A stretch of DNA of 64,000 bases, from assembly GCA_964016885.1 (NCBI GenBank), contig OZ024741.1, forward strand, positions 262,384,001-262,448,000, in the 5' to 3' direction. The notes beneath the pieces are model-generated. The model was not told the DNA's origin. It searched no databases and saw nothing but the letters and a program-made list of their open reading frames with translations. Source of the stretch: Eledone cirrhosa (lineage: Eukaryota). Both the position numbers and the translations under genes were made by a program. How positions within the stretch are numbered: the first letter of the stretch is position 1; every line of letters begins with the position of its first letter. Below, in pieces: positions 27,072-40,831 of the stretch.

Positions 27072-28965
27072 GTTTCGCTTTACGAGTGTTTCGGCGTACG
27101 AGTGTTTCGACTTACGAGTGATTTAACTTACGTGTGTTTCGGCTTACGAGTGTTTCGACTTACGAGTGTTTCGGCTTGCGAGTGTTTCGACTTACTAATG
27201 TTTTTACTTACGAGTGTTTCGGCGTACGAGTGTTTCGACTTACGAGTGTTTCGACTTACGTGTGCTTTGACTTACGGGTGTTTCGGCTTACGAGTGTTTC
27301 GACTTACGAGTGTTTTGACTTAAGGGTGTTTCGACTTACGAGTGTTTCGACTTACGAGTGTTTCGACTTACGAGTGTTTCGGCTTACGAGTGTTTTGACT
27401 TAAGGATGTTTCGACTTACGAGTGTTTCCATACGAGTGTTCTGACTTACGAGTGTTCTGACTTACGAGTGTTTTGACTTACGATCTGACTTACGAGTGTT
27501 CCGACTTACGAGTGTTCGGACTTCCGAGTGTTTCGGCTTAGGAGTGTTTCCGGCTTACGAGTGTTTCGACTTACGAGTGTTTTGACTTACCGTGTTTCGG
27601 CTTACGAGTGATTCGACTTACGAGAGTTTTGACTTACGGGTGTTGTGAATTACGATTGTTGCGATTTACGAGTGTTTTGACTTACGGTGTTTCGGCTTAC
27701 GAGTGATTCGACTTACGAATGTTTTGACTTACGGGTGTTTCGGCTTGCGAGTGTTTCGACTTACGAGTGTTTCGGCTTATGAGTGTTTCGACTTACGAGT
27801 GTTTTGACTTAAGGGTGTTTCGACTTACGAGTGTTTCGACTTACGAGTGTTTCGACTTACGAGTGTTTTGACTTAAGGGTGTTTCGACTTACGAGTATTT
27901 TTGGCTTACGAGTGTTTCGACTTACGAGTGTTTTGACTTACGAGTGATCTGATTTACGGATGTTTCGACATACGAGTGTTTCGACTTACGAGTGTTTCGA
28001 CTTATGAGTATTTCGACTTACGAGTTTTTCGACTTACGAGTGTTTCGACTTACGAGTGTTCCGACTTTCGAGTGTTTCGGCTTACGAGTGTTTCTTGCTT
28101 ACGAGTGTTTCGACTTACGAGTGTTTTGACTTACGGTGTTTCGGCTTACGAGTGATTCGACTTACGAGTGTTTCGGCTTACGAGTGTTTCCGGCTTACGA
28201 GTGTTTCGACTTACGAGTGTTTTGACTTACGGTATTTCGGCTTACGAGTGATTCGACTTACGAATGTTTTGACTTACGGGTGTTTCGGCTTGCGAGTGTT
28301 TCGACTTACGAGTGTTTCGGCTTATGAGTGTTTCGACTTACTAATGTTTCTACTTACGAGTGTTTCGGCGTACGAGTGTTTTGACTTACGAGTGTTTCGA
28401 CTTACGAGTGTTTTGACTTACGAATGTTTTGACTTACGGGTGTTTCGGCTTACGAGTGTTTCGACTTACGAGTGTTTCGGCTTGCGAGTGTTTCGACTTA
28501 CTAATGTTTTTACTTACGAGTGTTTCGGCGTACGAGTGTTTCGACTTACGAGTGTTTCGACTTACGGGTGCTTTGACTTACGGGTGTTTCGGCTTACGAG
28601 TGTTTCGACTTACGAGTGTTTCGACTTACGAGTGTTTCGGCTTACGAGTGTTTTGACTTAAGGATGTTTCGACTTACGAGTGTTTCGATACGAGTGTTTC
28701 GACTTACGAATGTTCTGACTTACGAGTGCTCTGACTTACGAGTGTTCTGACTTACGAGTGTTCTCACTTACGAGCGTTCTGATTTACGAGTGTTTCGGCT
28801 TACGAGTGTTTCGGCTTACGAGTGTTTCGACATACGAGTGTTTCGACTTACGAGTGTTCCGACTAACGAGTGTTCCGACTTACGAGTGTTTCGGCTTACG
28901 AGTGTTTCGGCTTACGAGTGTTTCGACTTACGAGTGTTTCGGCTTACGAGTGTTTCGACTTACGA

Positions 28966-29034
28966 AAATAACAAATAGACGCGGTTTCAAATCTCTATGC
29001 TTTTCAAATTCATTACATTAATCTTTATTTATAC
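28966..29034. repeat. 69-bp AT-rich island, copy 7
   Basis: As copy 6, 1963 bp downstream. Confidence 0.95.
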
Positions 29035-30215
29035 GTTTCGCTTTACGAGTGTTTCGGCGTACGAGTGTTTCGACTTACGAGTGATTTAACTTACGTGTGT
29101 TTCGGCTTACGAGTGTTTCGACTTACGAGTGTTTTTACTTACGGTGTTTCGGCTTACGAGTGTTTCGACATACGAGTGTTTTGACTTACGGGTGTTTCGA
29201 CTTACGAGTGTTTTGACTTACGATTGTTTTGACTTACGGGTGTTTCGGCTTACCAGTGTTTCGACTTACGAGTGTTTCGGCTTACGAGTGTTTCGACTTA
29301 CTAAGGTTTTTACTTACGAATGTTTTGACTTACGGGTGTTTCGGCTTACGGGTGTTTTGACTTACGGGTGTTTCGGCTTACGAGTGTTTCGACTTACGAG
29401 TGTTTTGACTTACGAGTGTTCTGATTTACGGATGTTTCGACATACGAGTGTTTCGACTTACGAGTGTTTCGACTTATGAGTGTTTCGACTTATGAGTGTT
29501 TCGACTTACGAGTGTTTCGACTTACGAGTGTTTCGGCTTACGAGTGTTTCGACTTACGAGTGTTCTGACTTACGGTGTTTCGGCTTACGAGTGTTTCGAC
29601 TTACGAGTGTTTTAACTTACGGGTGTTTTGACATACGAGTGTTTCGACTAACTAATGTTTTTACTTACGAGTGTTTCGGCGTACGAGAGTTTTGACTTAC
29701 GAGTGTTTCGACTTACGAGTGTTTCGACTTACGAGCGTTTTGACTTACGAATGTTTTGACTTACGGGTGTTTCGGCTTACCAGTGTTTCGACTTACGAGT
29801 CTTTCGGCTTACGAGTGTTTAGACTTACGAGTGTTTTGACTTACGGGTGTTTCGGCTTACGAGTGTTTAGACTTACGAGTGTTTTTACTTAAGGGTGTTT
29901 CGACTTACGAGTATTTTTGGCTTACGAGTGTTTCGACTTACGAGTGTTTTGACTTACGAGTGATCTGATTTACGGATGTTTCGACATACGAGTGTTTCGA
30001 CTTACGAGTGTTTCGACTTACGAGTGTTCCGACTTACGAGTGTTTCGGCTTACGAGTGTTTCGGCTTAAGAGTGTTTCGACATACGAGTGTTTCGACTTA
30101 CGAGTGTTCCGACTAACGAGTGTTCCGACTTACGAGTGTTTCGGCTTACGAGTGTTTCGGCTTACGAGTGTTTCGACTTACGAGTGTTTCGGCTTACGAG
30201 TGTTTCGACTTACTA

Positions 30216-30284
30216 AAATAACAAATAGACGCGGTTTCAAATCTCTATGCTTTTCAAATTCATTACATTAATCTTTATTTATAC
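30216..30284. repeat. 69-bp AT-rich island, copy 8 (preceded by CTTACTA)
   Basis: Copy-1 sequence; left flank is TACTA instead of TACGA. Confidence 0.95.
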
Positions 30285-31171
30285 GTTTCGCTTTACGAGT
30301 GTTTCGGCGTACGAGTGTTTCGACTTACGAGTGTTTTAACTTACGTGTGTTTCGGCTTACGAGTGTTTCGACTTACGAGTGTTTTTACTTACGGTGTTTC
30401 GGCTTACGAGTGTTTCGTCTTATGAGTGTTTTGACTTAAGGGTGTTTCGACGAGTGTTTCGATACGAGTGTTTCGACTTACGGGTGTTCTGACTTACGAG
30501 TGTTCTGATTTACGGATGTTTCGAATTATGAGTGTTTCGACTACGAGTGATTCGACTTACGAGTGTTTCGACTACGAGTGTTTCGACTTACGAGTGTTCT
30601 GACTTACGAGTGTTCTGACTTACGGGTGTTCTGACTTACGAGTGTTTCGACTTACGAGTGTTTCGGCTTACGAGTGTTTCGGCTTATGAGTGTTTTGACT
30701 TAAGGGTGTTTCGACAAGTGTTACGATACTAGTGTTACGAGTGTTTTGACTTACGGATGTTCTGACTTACGAGTTTTCCGACTTACGAGTGTTTCGGCTT
30801 ATGAGTGTTTCGGCTAACGAGCGTTTCGACTACGAGTGTTTCGACTTACGAATGTTTTTGCTTACGAGTGTTTCGACTTACGAATGTTTTTGCTTACGAA
30901 TGTTGTTGCTTACGAGTGTTCTGACTTACGAGTGTTTTGACTTACGAGTGTTCCGACTTACGAGTGTTCCGGCTTACGAGTGTTTCGGCTTACGAGTGTT
31001 TCGACTTACGAGTGTTCTGACTTACGAGTGTTCCGGCTTACGAGTGTTTCGGCTTACGAGTGTTTCGACTAACGAGTGTTCCGACTTACGAGTGTTTCGG
31101 CTTACGAGTGTTTCGGCTTACGAGTGTTTCGACTTACGAGTGTTTCGGCTTACGAGTGTTTCGACTTACGA

Positions 31172-31240
31172 AAATAACAAATAGACGCGGTTTCAAATCT
31201 CTATGCTTTTCAAATTCATTACATTAATCTTTATTTATAC
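31172..31240. repeat. 69-bp AT-rich island, copy 9
   Basis: As copies 6 and 7. Confidence 0.95.
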
Positions 31241-32485
31241 GTTTCGCTTTACGAGTGTTTCGGCGTACGAGTGTTTCGACTTACGAGTGATTTAACTTAC
31301 GTGTGTTTCGGCTTACGAGTGTTTCGACTTACGAGTGTTTTTACTTACGGTGTTTCGGCTTACGAGTGTTTCGACATACGAGTGTTTTGACTTACGGGTG
31401 TTTCGACTTACGAGTGTTTTGACTTACGATTGTTTTGACTTACGGGTGTTTCGGCTTACCAGTGTTTCGACTTACGAGTGTTTCGGCTTACGAGTGTTTC
31501 GACTTACTAAGGTTTTTACTTACGAATGTTTTGACTTACGGGTGTTTCGGCTTACGGGTGTTTTGACTTACGGGTGTTTCGGCTTACGAGTGTTTCGACT
31601 TACGAGTGTTTTGACTTACGAGTGTTCTGATTTACGGATGTTTCGACATACGAGTGTTTCGACTTACGAGTGTTTCGACTTATGAGTGTTTCGACTTATG
31701 AGTGTTTCGACTTACGAGTGTTTCGACTTACGAGTGTTTCGGCTTACGAGTGTTTCGACTTACGAGTGTTCTGACTTACGGTGTTTCGGCTTACGAGTGT
31801 TTCGACTTACGAGTGTTTTAACTTACGGGTGTTTTGACATACGAGTGTTTCGACTAACTAATGTTTTTACTTACGAGTGTTTCGGCGTACGAGAGTTTTG
31901 ACTTACGAGTGTTTCGACTTACGAGTGTTTCGACTTACGAGCGTTTTGACTTACGAATGTTTTGACTTACGGGTGTTTCGGCTTACCAGTGTTTCGACTT
32001 ACGAGTCTTTCGGCTTACGAGTGTTTCGACTTACTAATGTTTTTACTTACGAGTGTTTCGGCGTACGAGTGTTTCGACTTACGAGTGTTTCGACTTACGG
32101 GTGTTTTGACTTACGGGTGTTTCGGCTTACGAGTGTTTAGACTTACGAGTGTTTTTACTTAAGGGTGTTTCGACTTACGAGTATTTTTGGCTTACGAGTG
32201 TTTCGACTTACGAGTGTTTTGACTTACGAGTGATCTGATTTACGGATGTTTCGACATACGAGTGTTTCGACTTACGAGTGTTTCGACTTACGAGTGTTCC
32301 GACTTACGAGTGTTTCGGCTTACGAGTGTTTCGGCTTAAGAGTGTTTCGACATACGAGTGTTTCGACTTACGAGTGTTCCGACTAACGAGTGTTCCGACT
32401 TACGAGTGTTTCGGCTTACGAGTGTTTCGGCTTACGAGTGTTTCGACTTACGAGTGTTTCGGCTTACGAGTGTTTCGACTTACTA

Positions 32486-32554
32486 AAATAACAAATAGAC
32501 GCGGTTTCAAATCTCTATGCTTTTCAAATTCATTACATTAATCTTTATTTATAC
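32486..32554. repeat. 69-bp AT-rich island, copy 10 (preceded by CTTACTA)
   Basis: As copy 8, 2270 bp downstream. Confidence 0.95.
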
Positions 32555-35517
32555 GTTTCGCTTTACGAGTGTTTCGGCGTACGAGTGTTTCGACTTACGA
32601 GTGTTTTAACTTACGTGTGTTTCGGCTTACGAGTGTTTCGACTTACGAGTGTTTTTACTTACGGTGTTTCGGCTTACGAGTGTTTCGTCTTATGAGTGTT
32701 TTGACTTAAGGGTGTTTCGACGAGTGTTTCGATACGAGTGTTTCGACTTACGGGTGTTCTGACTTACGAGTGTTCTGATTTACGGATGTTTCGAATTATG
32801 AGTGTTTCGACTACGAGTGATTCGACTTACGAGTGTTTCGACTACGAGTGTTTCGACTTACGAGTGTTCTGACTTACGAGTGTTCTGACTTACGGGTGTT
32901 CTGACTTACGAGTGTTTCGACTTACGAGTGTTTCGGCTTACGAGTGTTTCGGCTTATGAGTGTTTTGACTTAAGGGTGTTTCGACAAGTGTTTCGATACG
33001 AGTGTTACGAGTGTTCTGACTTACGGGTGTTCTGACTTACGAGTGTTCCGACTTACGAGTGTTTCGGCTTATGAGTGTTTCGGCTAACGAGCGTTTCGAC
33101 TACGAGTGTTTCGACTTACGAATGTTTTTGCTTACGAGTGTTTCGACTTACGAATGTTTTTGCTTACGAATGTTGTTGCTTACGAGTGTTCTGACTTACG
33201 AGTGTTTTGACTTACGAGTGTTCCGACTTACGAGTGTTCCGGCTTACGAGTGTTTCGGCTTACGAGTGTTTCGACTTACGAGTGTTCTGACTTACGAGTG
33301 TTCCGGCTTACGAGTGTTTCGGCTTACGAGTGTTTCGACTTACGAGTGTTCCGACCTACGAGTGTTTCGGCTACGGATGTTCCGACTTACGAGTATTTTC
33401 GGCTTACGAGTGTTTTGACTTACGATTGTTTTGACTTACGATTGTTTCGGCTAACGAGTGTTTCGACTTACGAGTGTTTCGATTTACGAGTGTTTTGACT
33501 TAAGAATATTTTGACTTACGGGTGTTTCGGCTTACGAGTGTTTCGACTTACGAGTGTTTTGACTTACGGGTGTTTCGACTTACGAGTGTTTTGGTTTACG
33601 TGTGTTCTGACTTACGAATGTTTCGGCTTACGAGTGTTTCGACTTACGAGTGTTTCGACTTACGGTTGTTCTGACTTACGGGTATTCCGACTTACGAGTG
33701 ATTTGGCATACGAGTGTTTCGACTTACGAGTGTTTTCGGCTTACGAGTGTTTCGACTTACGAGTGTTTTGACTTACGATTGTTTCGGCTTACGAGTGTTT
33801 CGACTTACGAGTGTTTCGGCTTACGAGTGTTTCGGCTTATGAGTGTTTTGACTTAAGGGTGTTTCGACGAGTGTTTCGATACGAGTGATTCGACTTACGG
33901 GTGTTCTGACTTACGAGTGTTCTGATTTACGGATGTTTCGAATTATGAGTGTTTCGACTACGAGTGTTTCGACTTACGAGTGTTTCGACTACGAGTGTTT
34001 TGACTTACGAGTGTTCTGACTTACGAGTGTTCTGACTTACGGGTGTTCTGACTTACGAGTGTTCCGACTTACGAGTGTTTCGGCTTATGAGTGTTTCGGC
34101 TTACGAGCGTTTCGACTAGGAGTGTTTCGACTTACGAATGTTTTTGCTAACGAGTGTTTCGACTTACGAGTGTTTCGACTTACAAGTGTTTCGACTTACG
34201 TGTGTTTTGACTTACGGTGTTTCGGCTTACGAGTGTTTCGACATACGAGTGTTTTTGACTTACCGGTGTTTCGACTTACGGGTGTTTCGACTTACGAGAG
34301 TTTCGACTTACGAATGTTCTGACTTACGAGTGTTCTGACTTACGAGTGTTCCGACTTGCGAGTGTTTCGGCCTACGAGTGTTTCGACATGCGAGTTTTTT
34401 GACTTACGGATGTTTCGTCTTACGGGTGTTTCGACTCACGAGTGTTTCTACTTACGAGTGTTTCGACTTACGAGTGTTCCGACTTACGAGTGTTTTGACT
34501 TACGAGTGTTCCGACTTACGAGTGTTTCGGCTTACGAGTGTTTCGGCTCACGGGTGTTCCGACTTACGAGTGTTCCGACTTACGAGTGTTTCGGCTACGG
34601 ATGTTCCGACTTACGAGTATTTTCGGCTTACGAGTGTTTTGACTTACGATTGTTTTGACTTACGGGTATTTCGGCTTACGAGTGTTTCGACTTACGAATG
34701 TTTCGGCTTACGAGTGTTTCGACTTACGAGTGTTTTGACTTACGGGTGTTTCGACTTACGAGTGTTTTGGTTTACGTGTATTTCGACTTACGAATGTTTC
34801 GGCTTACGAGTGTTTCGACTTACGAGTGTTTAAACTTACGAGTGTTTTGACTTACGGGTGTTTCGACTTACGAGTGTTTTGGTTTACGTGTGTTTCGACT
34901 TACGAATGTTTCGACTTACGAGTGTTTTGACTTACGATTGTTTCGGATTACGAGTGTTTCGACTTACGAGTGTTTCGGCTTACGAGTGTTTCGGCTTACG
35001 AGTGTTTTGACTTAAGGGTGTTTCGACGAGTGTTTCGATACGAGTGTTTCGACTTACGGGTGTTCTGACTTACGAGTGTTCTGATTTACGGATGTTTCGA
35101 CTTATGAGTGTTTCGACTACGAGTGTTTCGACTTACGAGTGTTTCGACTACGAGTGTTTCGACTTACGAGTGTTCTGACTTACAAGTGTTCTGACTTACG
35201 AGTGTTCCGACTTACGAGTGTTTCGGCTTACGAGTGTTTCGGCTTACGTGTGTTTCGGCTTACGAGTGTTTCGACTTACGAGTGTTCCGACTTACGAGTG
35301 TTTCGACTTACGAGTGTTTTGGCTTACGGTGTTTCGGCTTACGAATGTTTTGACTTACGAGTGTTTTGACTTACGGGTGTTTTGACATACGAGTGTTTCG
35401 ATACGAGTGTTCTGACTTACGAGTGTTCTGACTTACGAGTGTTCTGACTTACGAGTGTTCCGACTTACGAGTGTTTCGGCTCAAGAGTGTTTCGGCTTAC
35501 GAGTGTTTCGACTACGA

Positions 35518-35586
35518 AAATAACAAATAGACGCGGTTTCAAATCTCTATGCTTTTAAAGTTCATTACATTAATCTTTATTTATAC
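35518..35586. repeat. 69-bp AT-rich island, copy 11 (CTTTTAAAGTTC type)
   Basis: Two changes versus copy 1; preceded by GACTACGA. Confidence 0.95.
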
Positions 35587-37393
35587 GTTTCGCTTTACGA
35601 ATGTTTCGACTTACGAGTGTTTCGACTTACGAGTGTTTCGGCTTACGAGTGTTTTGACTTACGAGATTTTTTACTTACGGGTGTTTCGACTTACGCGTGT
35701 TTCGGCTTACGAATGTTTTGACTTACGAGTGTTTTGACTTACAGGTATTTTGACATACGAGTGTTTCGATACGAGTGTTTCGACTTATGAGTCTTCTGAC
35801 TTACGAGTGTTTCGACTTACGAGTGTTTCGACTTACGAGTGTTTCGGCTTACGAGTGTTTCGGCTCACGAGTGTTTCGACTTACGAGTGTTTCGACTTAC
35901 GAGTGTTTTGACTTACGGGTGTTTCGACTTACGAGTGTTTTGGTTTACGTGTGTTTCGACTTACGAATGTTTCGGCTTACGAGTGTTTCGACTTACGAGT
36001 GTTTCGACTTACGAGTGTTTTGACTTACGGGTGTTTCGACTTACGAGTGTTTTGGTTTACGTGTGTTTCGACTTACGAATGTTTCGGCTTACGAGTGTTT
36101 CGACTTACGAGTGTTTCGACTTACGGTTGTTCTGACTTACGGGTATTCCGACTTACGAGTGATTTGGCATACGAGTGTTTCGACTTACGAGTGTTTTCGG
36201 CTTACGAGTGTTTCGACTTACGAGTGTTTTGACTTACGATTGTTTCGGCTTACGAGTGTTTCGACTTACGAGTGTTTCGGCTTACGAGTGTTTCGGCTTA
36301 TGAGTGTTTTGACTTAAGGGTGTTTCGACGAGTGTTTCGATACGAGTGTTTCGACATGCGAGTTTTTTGACTTACGGATGTTTCGACTTACGGGTGTTTC
36401 GACTCACGAGTGTTTCTACTTACGAGTGTTTCGACTTACGAGTGTTCCGACTTACGAGTGTTTTGACTTACGAGTGTTCCGACTTACGAGTGTTTCGGCT
36501 TACGAGTGTTTCGGCTCACGAGTGTTCCGACTTACGAGTGTTCCGACTTACGAGTGTTTCGGCTACGGATGTTCCGACTTACGAGTATTTTCGGCTTACG
36601 AGTGTTTTGACTTACGATTGTTTTGACTTACGGGTATTTCGGCTTACGAGTGTTTCGACTTACGAGTGTTTCGACTTACGAGTGTTTTGACTTACGGGTG
36701 TTTCGACTTACGAGTGTTTTGGTTTACGTGTGTTTCGACTTACGAATGTTTCGGCTTACGAGTGTTTCGACTTACGAGTGTTTTGACTTACGGGTGTTTC
36801 GACTTACGAGTGTTTTGGTTTACGAGTGTTTCGACTTACGAATGTTTCGTCTTACGAGTGTTTCGACTTACGAGTGTTTAAACTTACGAGTGTTTCGACT
36901 TACGAGTGTTTCGACTTACGAGTGTTTTGACTTACGGGTGTTTCGACTTACGAGTGTTTTGGTTTACGTGTGTTTCGACTTACGAGTGTTTCGACTTACG
37001 AGTGTTTTGACTTACGATTGTTTCGGCTTACGAGTGTTTCGACTTACGAGTGTTTCGGCTTACGAGTGTTTCGGCTTACGAGTGTTTTGACTTAAGGGTG
37101 TTTCGACGAGTGTTTCGATACGAGTGTTTCGACTTACGGGTGTTCTGACTTACGAGTGTTCTGATTTACGGATGTTTCGAATTATGAGTGTTTCGACTAC
37201 GAGTGTTTCGACTTACGAGTGTTTCGACTACGAGTGTTTCGACTTACGAGTGTTCTGACTTACGAGTGTTCTGACTTACGAGTGTTCTGACTTACGAGTG
37301 TTCCGACTTACGAGTGTTTCGGCTTACGAGTGTTTTGGCTTACGTGTGTTTCGGCTTACGAGTGTTTCGACTTACGAGTGTTTCGACTTACGA

Positions 37394-37462
37394 AAATAAC
37401 AAATAGACGCGGTTTCAAATCTCTATGCTTTTCAAGTTCATTACATTAATCTTTATTTATAT
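37394..37462. repeat. 69-bp AT-rich island, copy 12 (CAAGTTC, ends TATAT)
   Basis: A>G change plus terminal C>T versus copy 1. Confidence 0.95.
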
Positions 37463-40400
37463 GTTTCGCTTTACGAATGTTTCGACTTACGAGTGTTTCG
37501 ACTTACGAGTGTGTCGGCATACGAGTGTTTTGACTTACGAGATTTTTTACTTACGGGTGTTTCGACTTACGCGTGTTTCGGCTTACGAATGTTTTGACTT
37601 ACGAGTGTTTTGACTTACGGGTGTTTTGACATGCGAGTGTTTCGATACGAGTGTTTCGACTCACGAGTGTTCTGACTTACGAGTGTTTTGACTTACGGTG
37701 TTTCGGTTTACGTGTGTTTCGACTTACGAGTGTTTTGACTTACGGGTGTTTTGACATACGAGTGTTTCGATACGAGTGTTCTGACTTACGAGTGTTCTGA
37801 CTTACGAGTGTTCTGACTTACGGGTGTTCTGACTTACGAGTGTTCCGACTTACGAGTGTTTCGACTTATGAGTGTTTCGGCTTACGAGCGTTTCGACTAC
37901 GAGTGTTTCGACTTACGAATGTTTTTGCTTACGAGTGTTTCGACTTACGAATGTTTTTGCTTACGAATGTTTTTGTTTACGAGTGTTCCGACCTACGAGT
38001 GTTTCGGCTACGGATGTTCCGACTTACGAGTATTTTCGGCTTACGAGTGTTTCGACTTACGAGTGTTTTGACTTACGGGTGTTTCGACTTACGAGTGTTT
38101 TGGTTTACGTGTGTTTCGACTTACGAATGTTTCGGCTTACGAGTGTTTCGATTTACGAGTGTTTCGACTTACGGTTGTTCTGACTTACGGGTATTCCGAC
38201 TTACGAGTGATTTGGCATACGAGTGTTTCGACTTACGAGTGTTTTCGGCTTACGAGAGTTTCGACTTACGGGTGTTCTGACTTACGAGTGTTCCGACTTA
38301 CGAGTGTTTCGGCTTATGAGTGTTTCGGCTAACGAGCGTTTCGACTACGAGTGTTTCGACTTACGAATGTTTTTGCTTACGAGTGTTTCGACTTACGAAT
38401 GTTTTTGCTTACGAATGTTGTTGCTTACGAGTGTTCTGACTTACGAGTGTTTTGACTTACGAGTGTTCCGACTTACGAGTGTTCCGGCTTACGAGTGTTT
38501 CGGCTTACGAGTGTTTCGACTTACGAGTGTTCTGACTTACGAGTGTTCCGGCTTACGAGTGTTTCGGCTTACGAGTGTTTCGACTTACGAGTGTTCCGAC
38601 CTACGAGTGTTTCGGCTACGGATGTTCCGACTTACGAGTATTTTCGGCTTACGAGTGTTTTGACTTACGATTGTTTTGACTTACGATTGTTTCGGCTAAC
38701 GAGTGTTTCGACTTACGAGTGTTTCGATTTACGAGTGTTTTGACTTAAGAATATTTTGACTTACGGGTGTTTCGGCTTACGAGTGTTTCGACTTACGAGT
38801 GTTTTGACTTACGGGTGTTTCGACTTACGAGTGTTTTGGTTTACGTGTGTTCTGACTTACGAATGTTTCGGCTTACGAGTGTTTCGACTTACGAGTGTTT
38901 CGACTTACGGTTGTTCTGACTTACGGGTATTCCGACTTACGAGTGATTTGGCATACGAGTGTTTCGACTTACGAGTGTTTTCGGCTTACGAGTGTTTCGA
39001 CTTACGAGTGTTTTGACTTACGATTGTTTCGGCTTACGAGTGTTTCGACTTACGAGTGTTTCGGCTTACGAGTGTTTCGGCTTATGAGTGTTTTGACTTA
39101 AGGGTGTTTCGACGAGTGTTTCGATACGAGTGATTCGACTTACGGGTGTTCTGACTTACGAGTGTTCTGATTTACGGATGTTTCGAATTATGAGTGTTTC
39201 GACTACGAGTGTTTCGACTTACGAGTGTTTCGACTACGAGTGTTTTGACTTACGAGTGTTCTGACTTACGAGTGTTCTGACTTACGGGTGTTCTGACTTA
39301 CGAGTGTTCCGACTTACGAGTGTTTCGGCTTATGAGTGTTTCGGCTTACGAGCGTTTCGACTAGGAGTGTTTCGACTTACGAATGTTTTTGCTAACGAGT
39401 GTTTCGACTTACGAGTGTTTCGACTTACAAGTGTTTCGACTTACGTGTGTTTTGACTTACGGTGTTTCGGCTTACGAGTGTTTCGACATACGAGTGTTTT
39501 TGACTTACCGGTGTTTCGACTTACGGGTGTTTCGACTTACGAGAGTTTCGACTTACGAGTGTTCTGACTTACGAGTGTTCTGACTTACGAGTGTTCCGAC
39601 TTGCGAGTGTTTCGGCCTACGAGTGTTTCGACATGCGAGTTTTTTGACTTACGGATGTTTCGTCTTACGGGTGTTTCGACTCACGAGTGTTTCTACTTAC
39701 GAGTGTTTCGACTTACGAGTGTTCCGACTTACGAGTGTTTTGACTTACGAGTGTTCCGACTTACGAGTGTTTCGGCTTACGAGTGTTTCGGCTCACGGGT
39801 GTTCCGACTTACGAGTGTTCCGACTTACGAGTGTTTCGGCTACGGATGTTCCGACTTACGAGTATTTTCGGCTTACGAGTGTTTTGACTTACGATTGTTT
39901 TGACTTACGGGTATTTCGGCTTACGAGTGTTTCGACTTACGAATGTTTCGGCTTACGAGTGTTTCGACTTACGAGTGTTTTGACTTACGGGTGTTTCGAC
40001 TTACGAGTGTTTTGGTTTACGTGTATTTCGACTTACGAATGTTTCGGCTTACGAGTGTTTCGACTTACGAGTGTTTAAACTTACGAGTGTTTTGACTTAC
40101 GGGTGTTTCGACTTACGAGTGTTTTGGTTTACGTGTGTTTCGACTTACGAATGTTTCGACTTACGAGTGTTTTGACTTACGATTGTTTCGGATTACGAGT
40201 GTTTCGACTTACGAGTGTTTCGGCTTACGAGTGTTTCGGCTTACGAGTGTTTTGACTTAAGGGTGTTTCGACGAGTGTTTCGATACGAGTGTTTCGACTT
40301 ACGGGTGTTCTGACTTACGAGTGTTCTGATTTACGGATGTTTCGACTTATGAGTGTTTCGACTACGAGTGTTTCGACTTACGAGTGTTTCGACTACGAGT

Positions 40401-40762
40401 GTTTCGACTTACGAGTGTTCTGACTTACAAGTGTTCTGACTTACGAGTGTTCCGACTTACGAGTGTTTCGGCTTACGAGTGTTTCGGCTTACGTGTGTTT
40501 CGGCTTACGAGTGTTTCGACTTACGAGTGTTCCGACTTACGAGTGTTTCGACTTACGAGTGTTTTGGCTTACGGTGTTTCGGCTTACGAATGTTTTGACT
40601 TACGAGTGTTTTGACTTACGGGTGTTTTGACATACGAGTGTTTCGATACGAGTGTTCTGACTTACGAGTGTTCTGACTTACGAGTGTTCTGACTTACGAG
40701 TGTTCCGACTTACGAGTGTTTCGGCTCAAGAGTGTTTCGGCTTACGAGTGTTTCGACTACGA

Positions 40763-40831
40763 AAATAACAAATAGACGCGGTTTCAAATCTCTATGCTTT
40801 TAAAGTTCATTACATTAATCTTTATTTATAC
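40763..40831. repeat. 69-bp AT-rich island, copy 13
   Basis: As copy 11, 5245 bp downstream. Confidence 0.95.

Larger units (their letters stand above)
25170..29130 (+). repeat. Tandem duplication, 1963-bp unit x2
   Basis: Offsets 26093/28056 and 26795/28758; islands 27003/28966; the rare GACTTACGATCT monomer occurs in both units. Confidence 0.9.
28860..33336 (+). repeat. Tandem duplication, 2206/2270-bp unit x2 (units differ by 64 bp = 4 monomers)
   Basis: Offsets 29129/31335 (2206), then 30008/32278 and 30789/33059 (2270). Confidence 0.9.
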
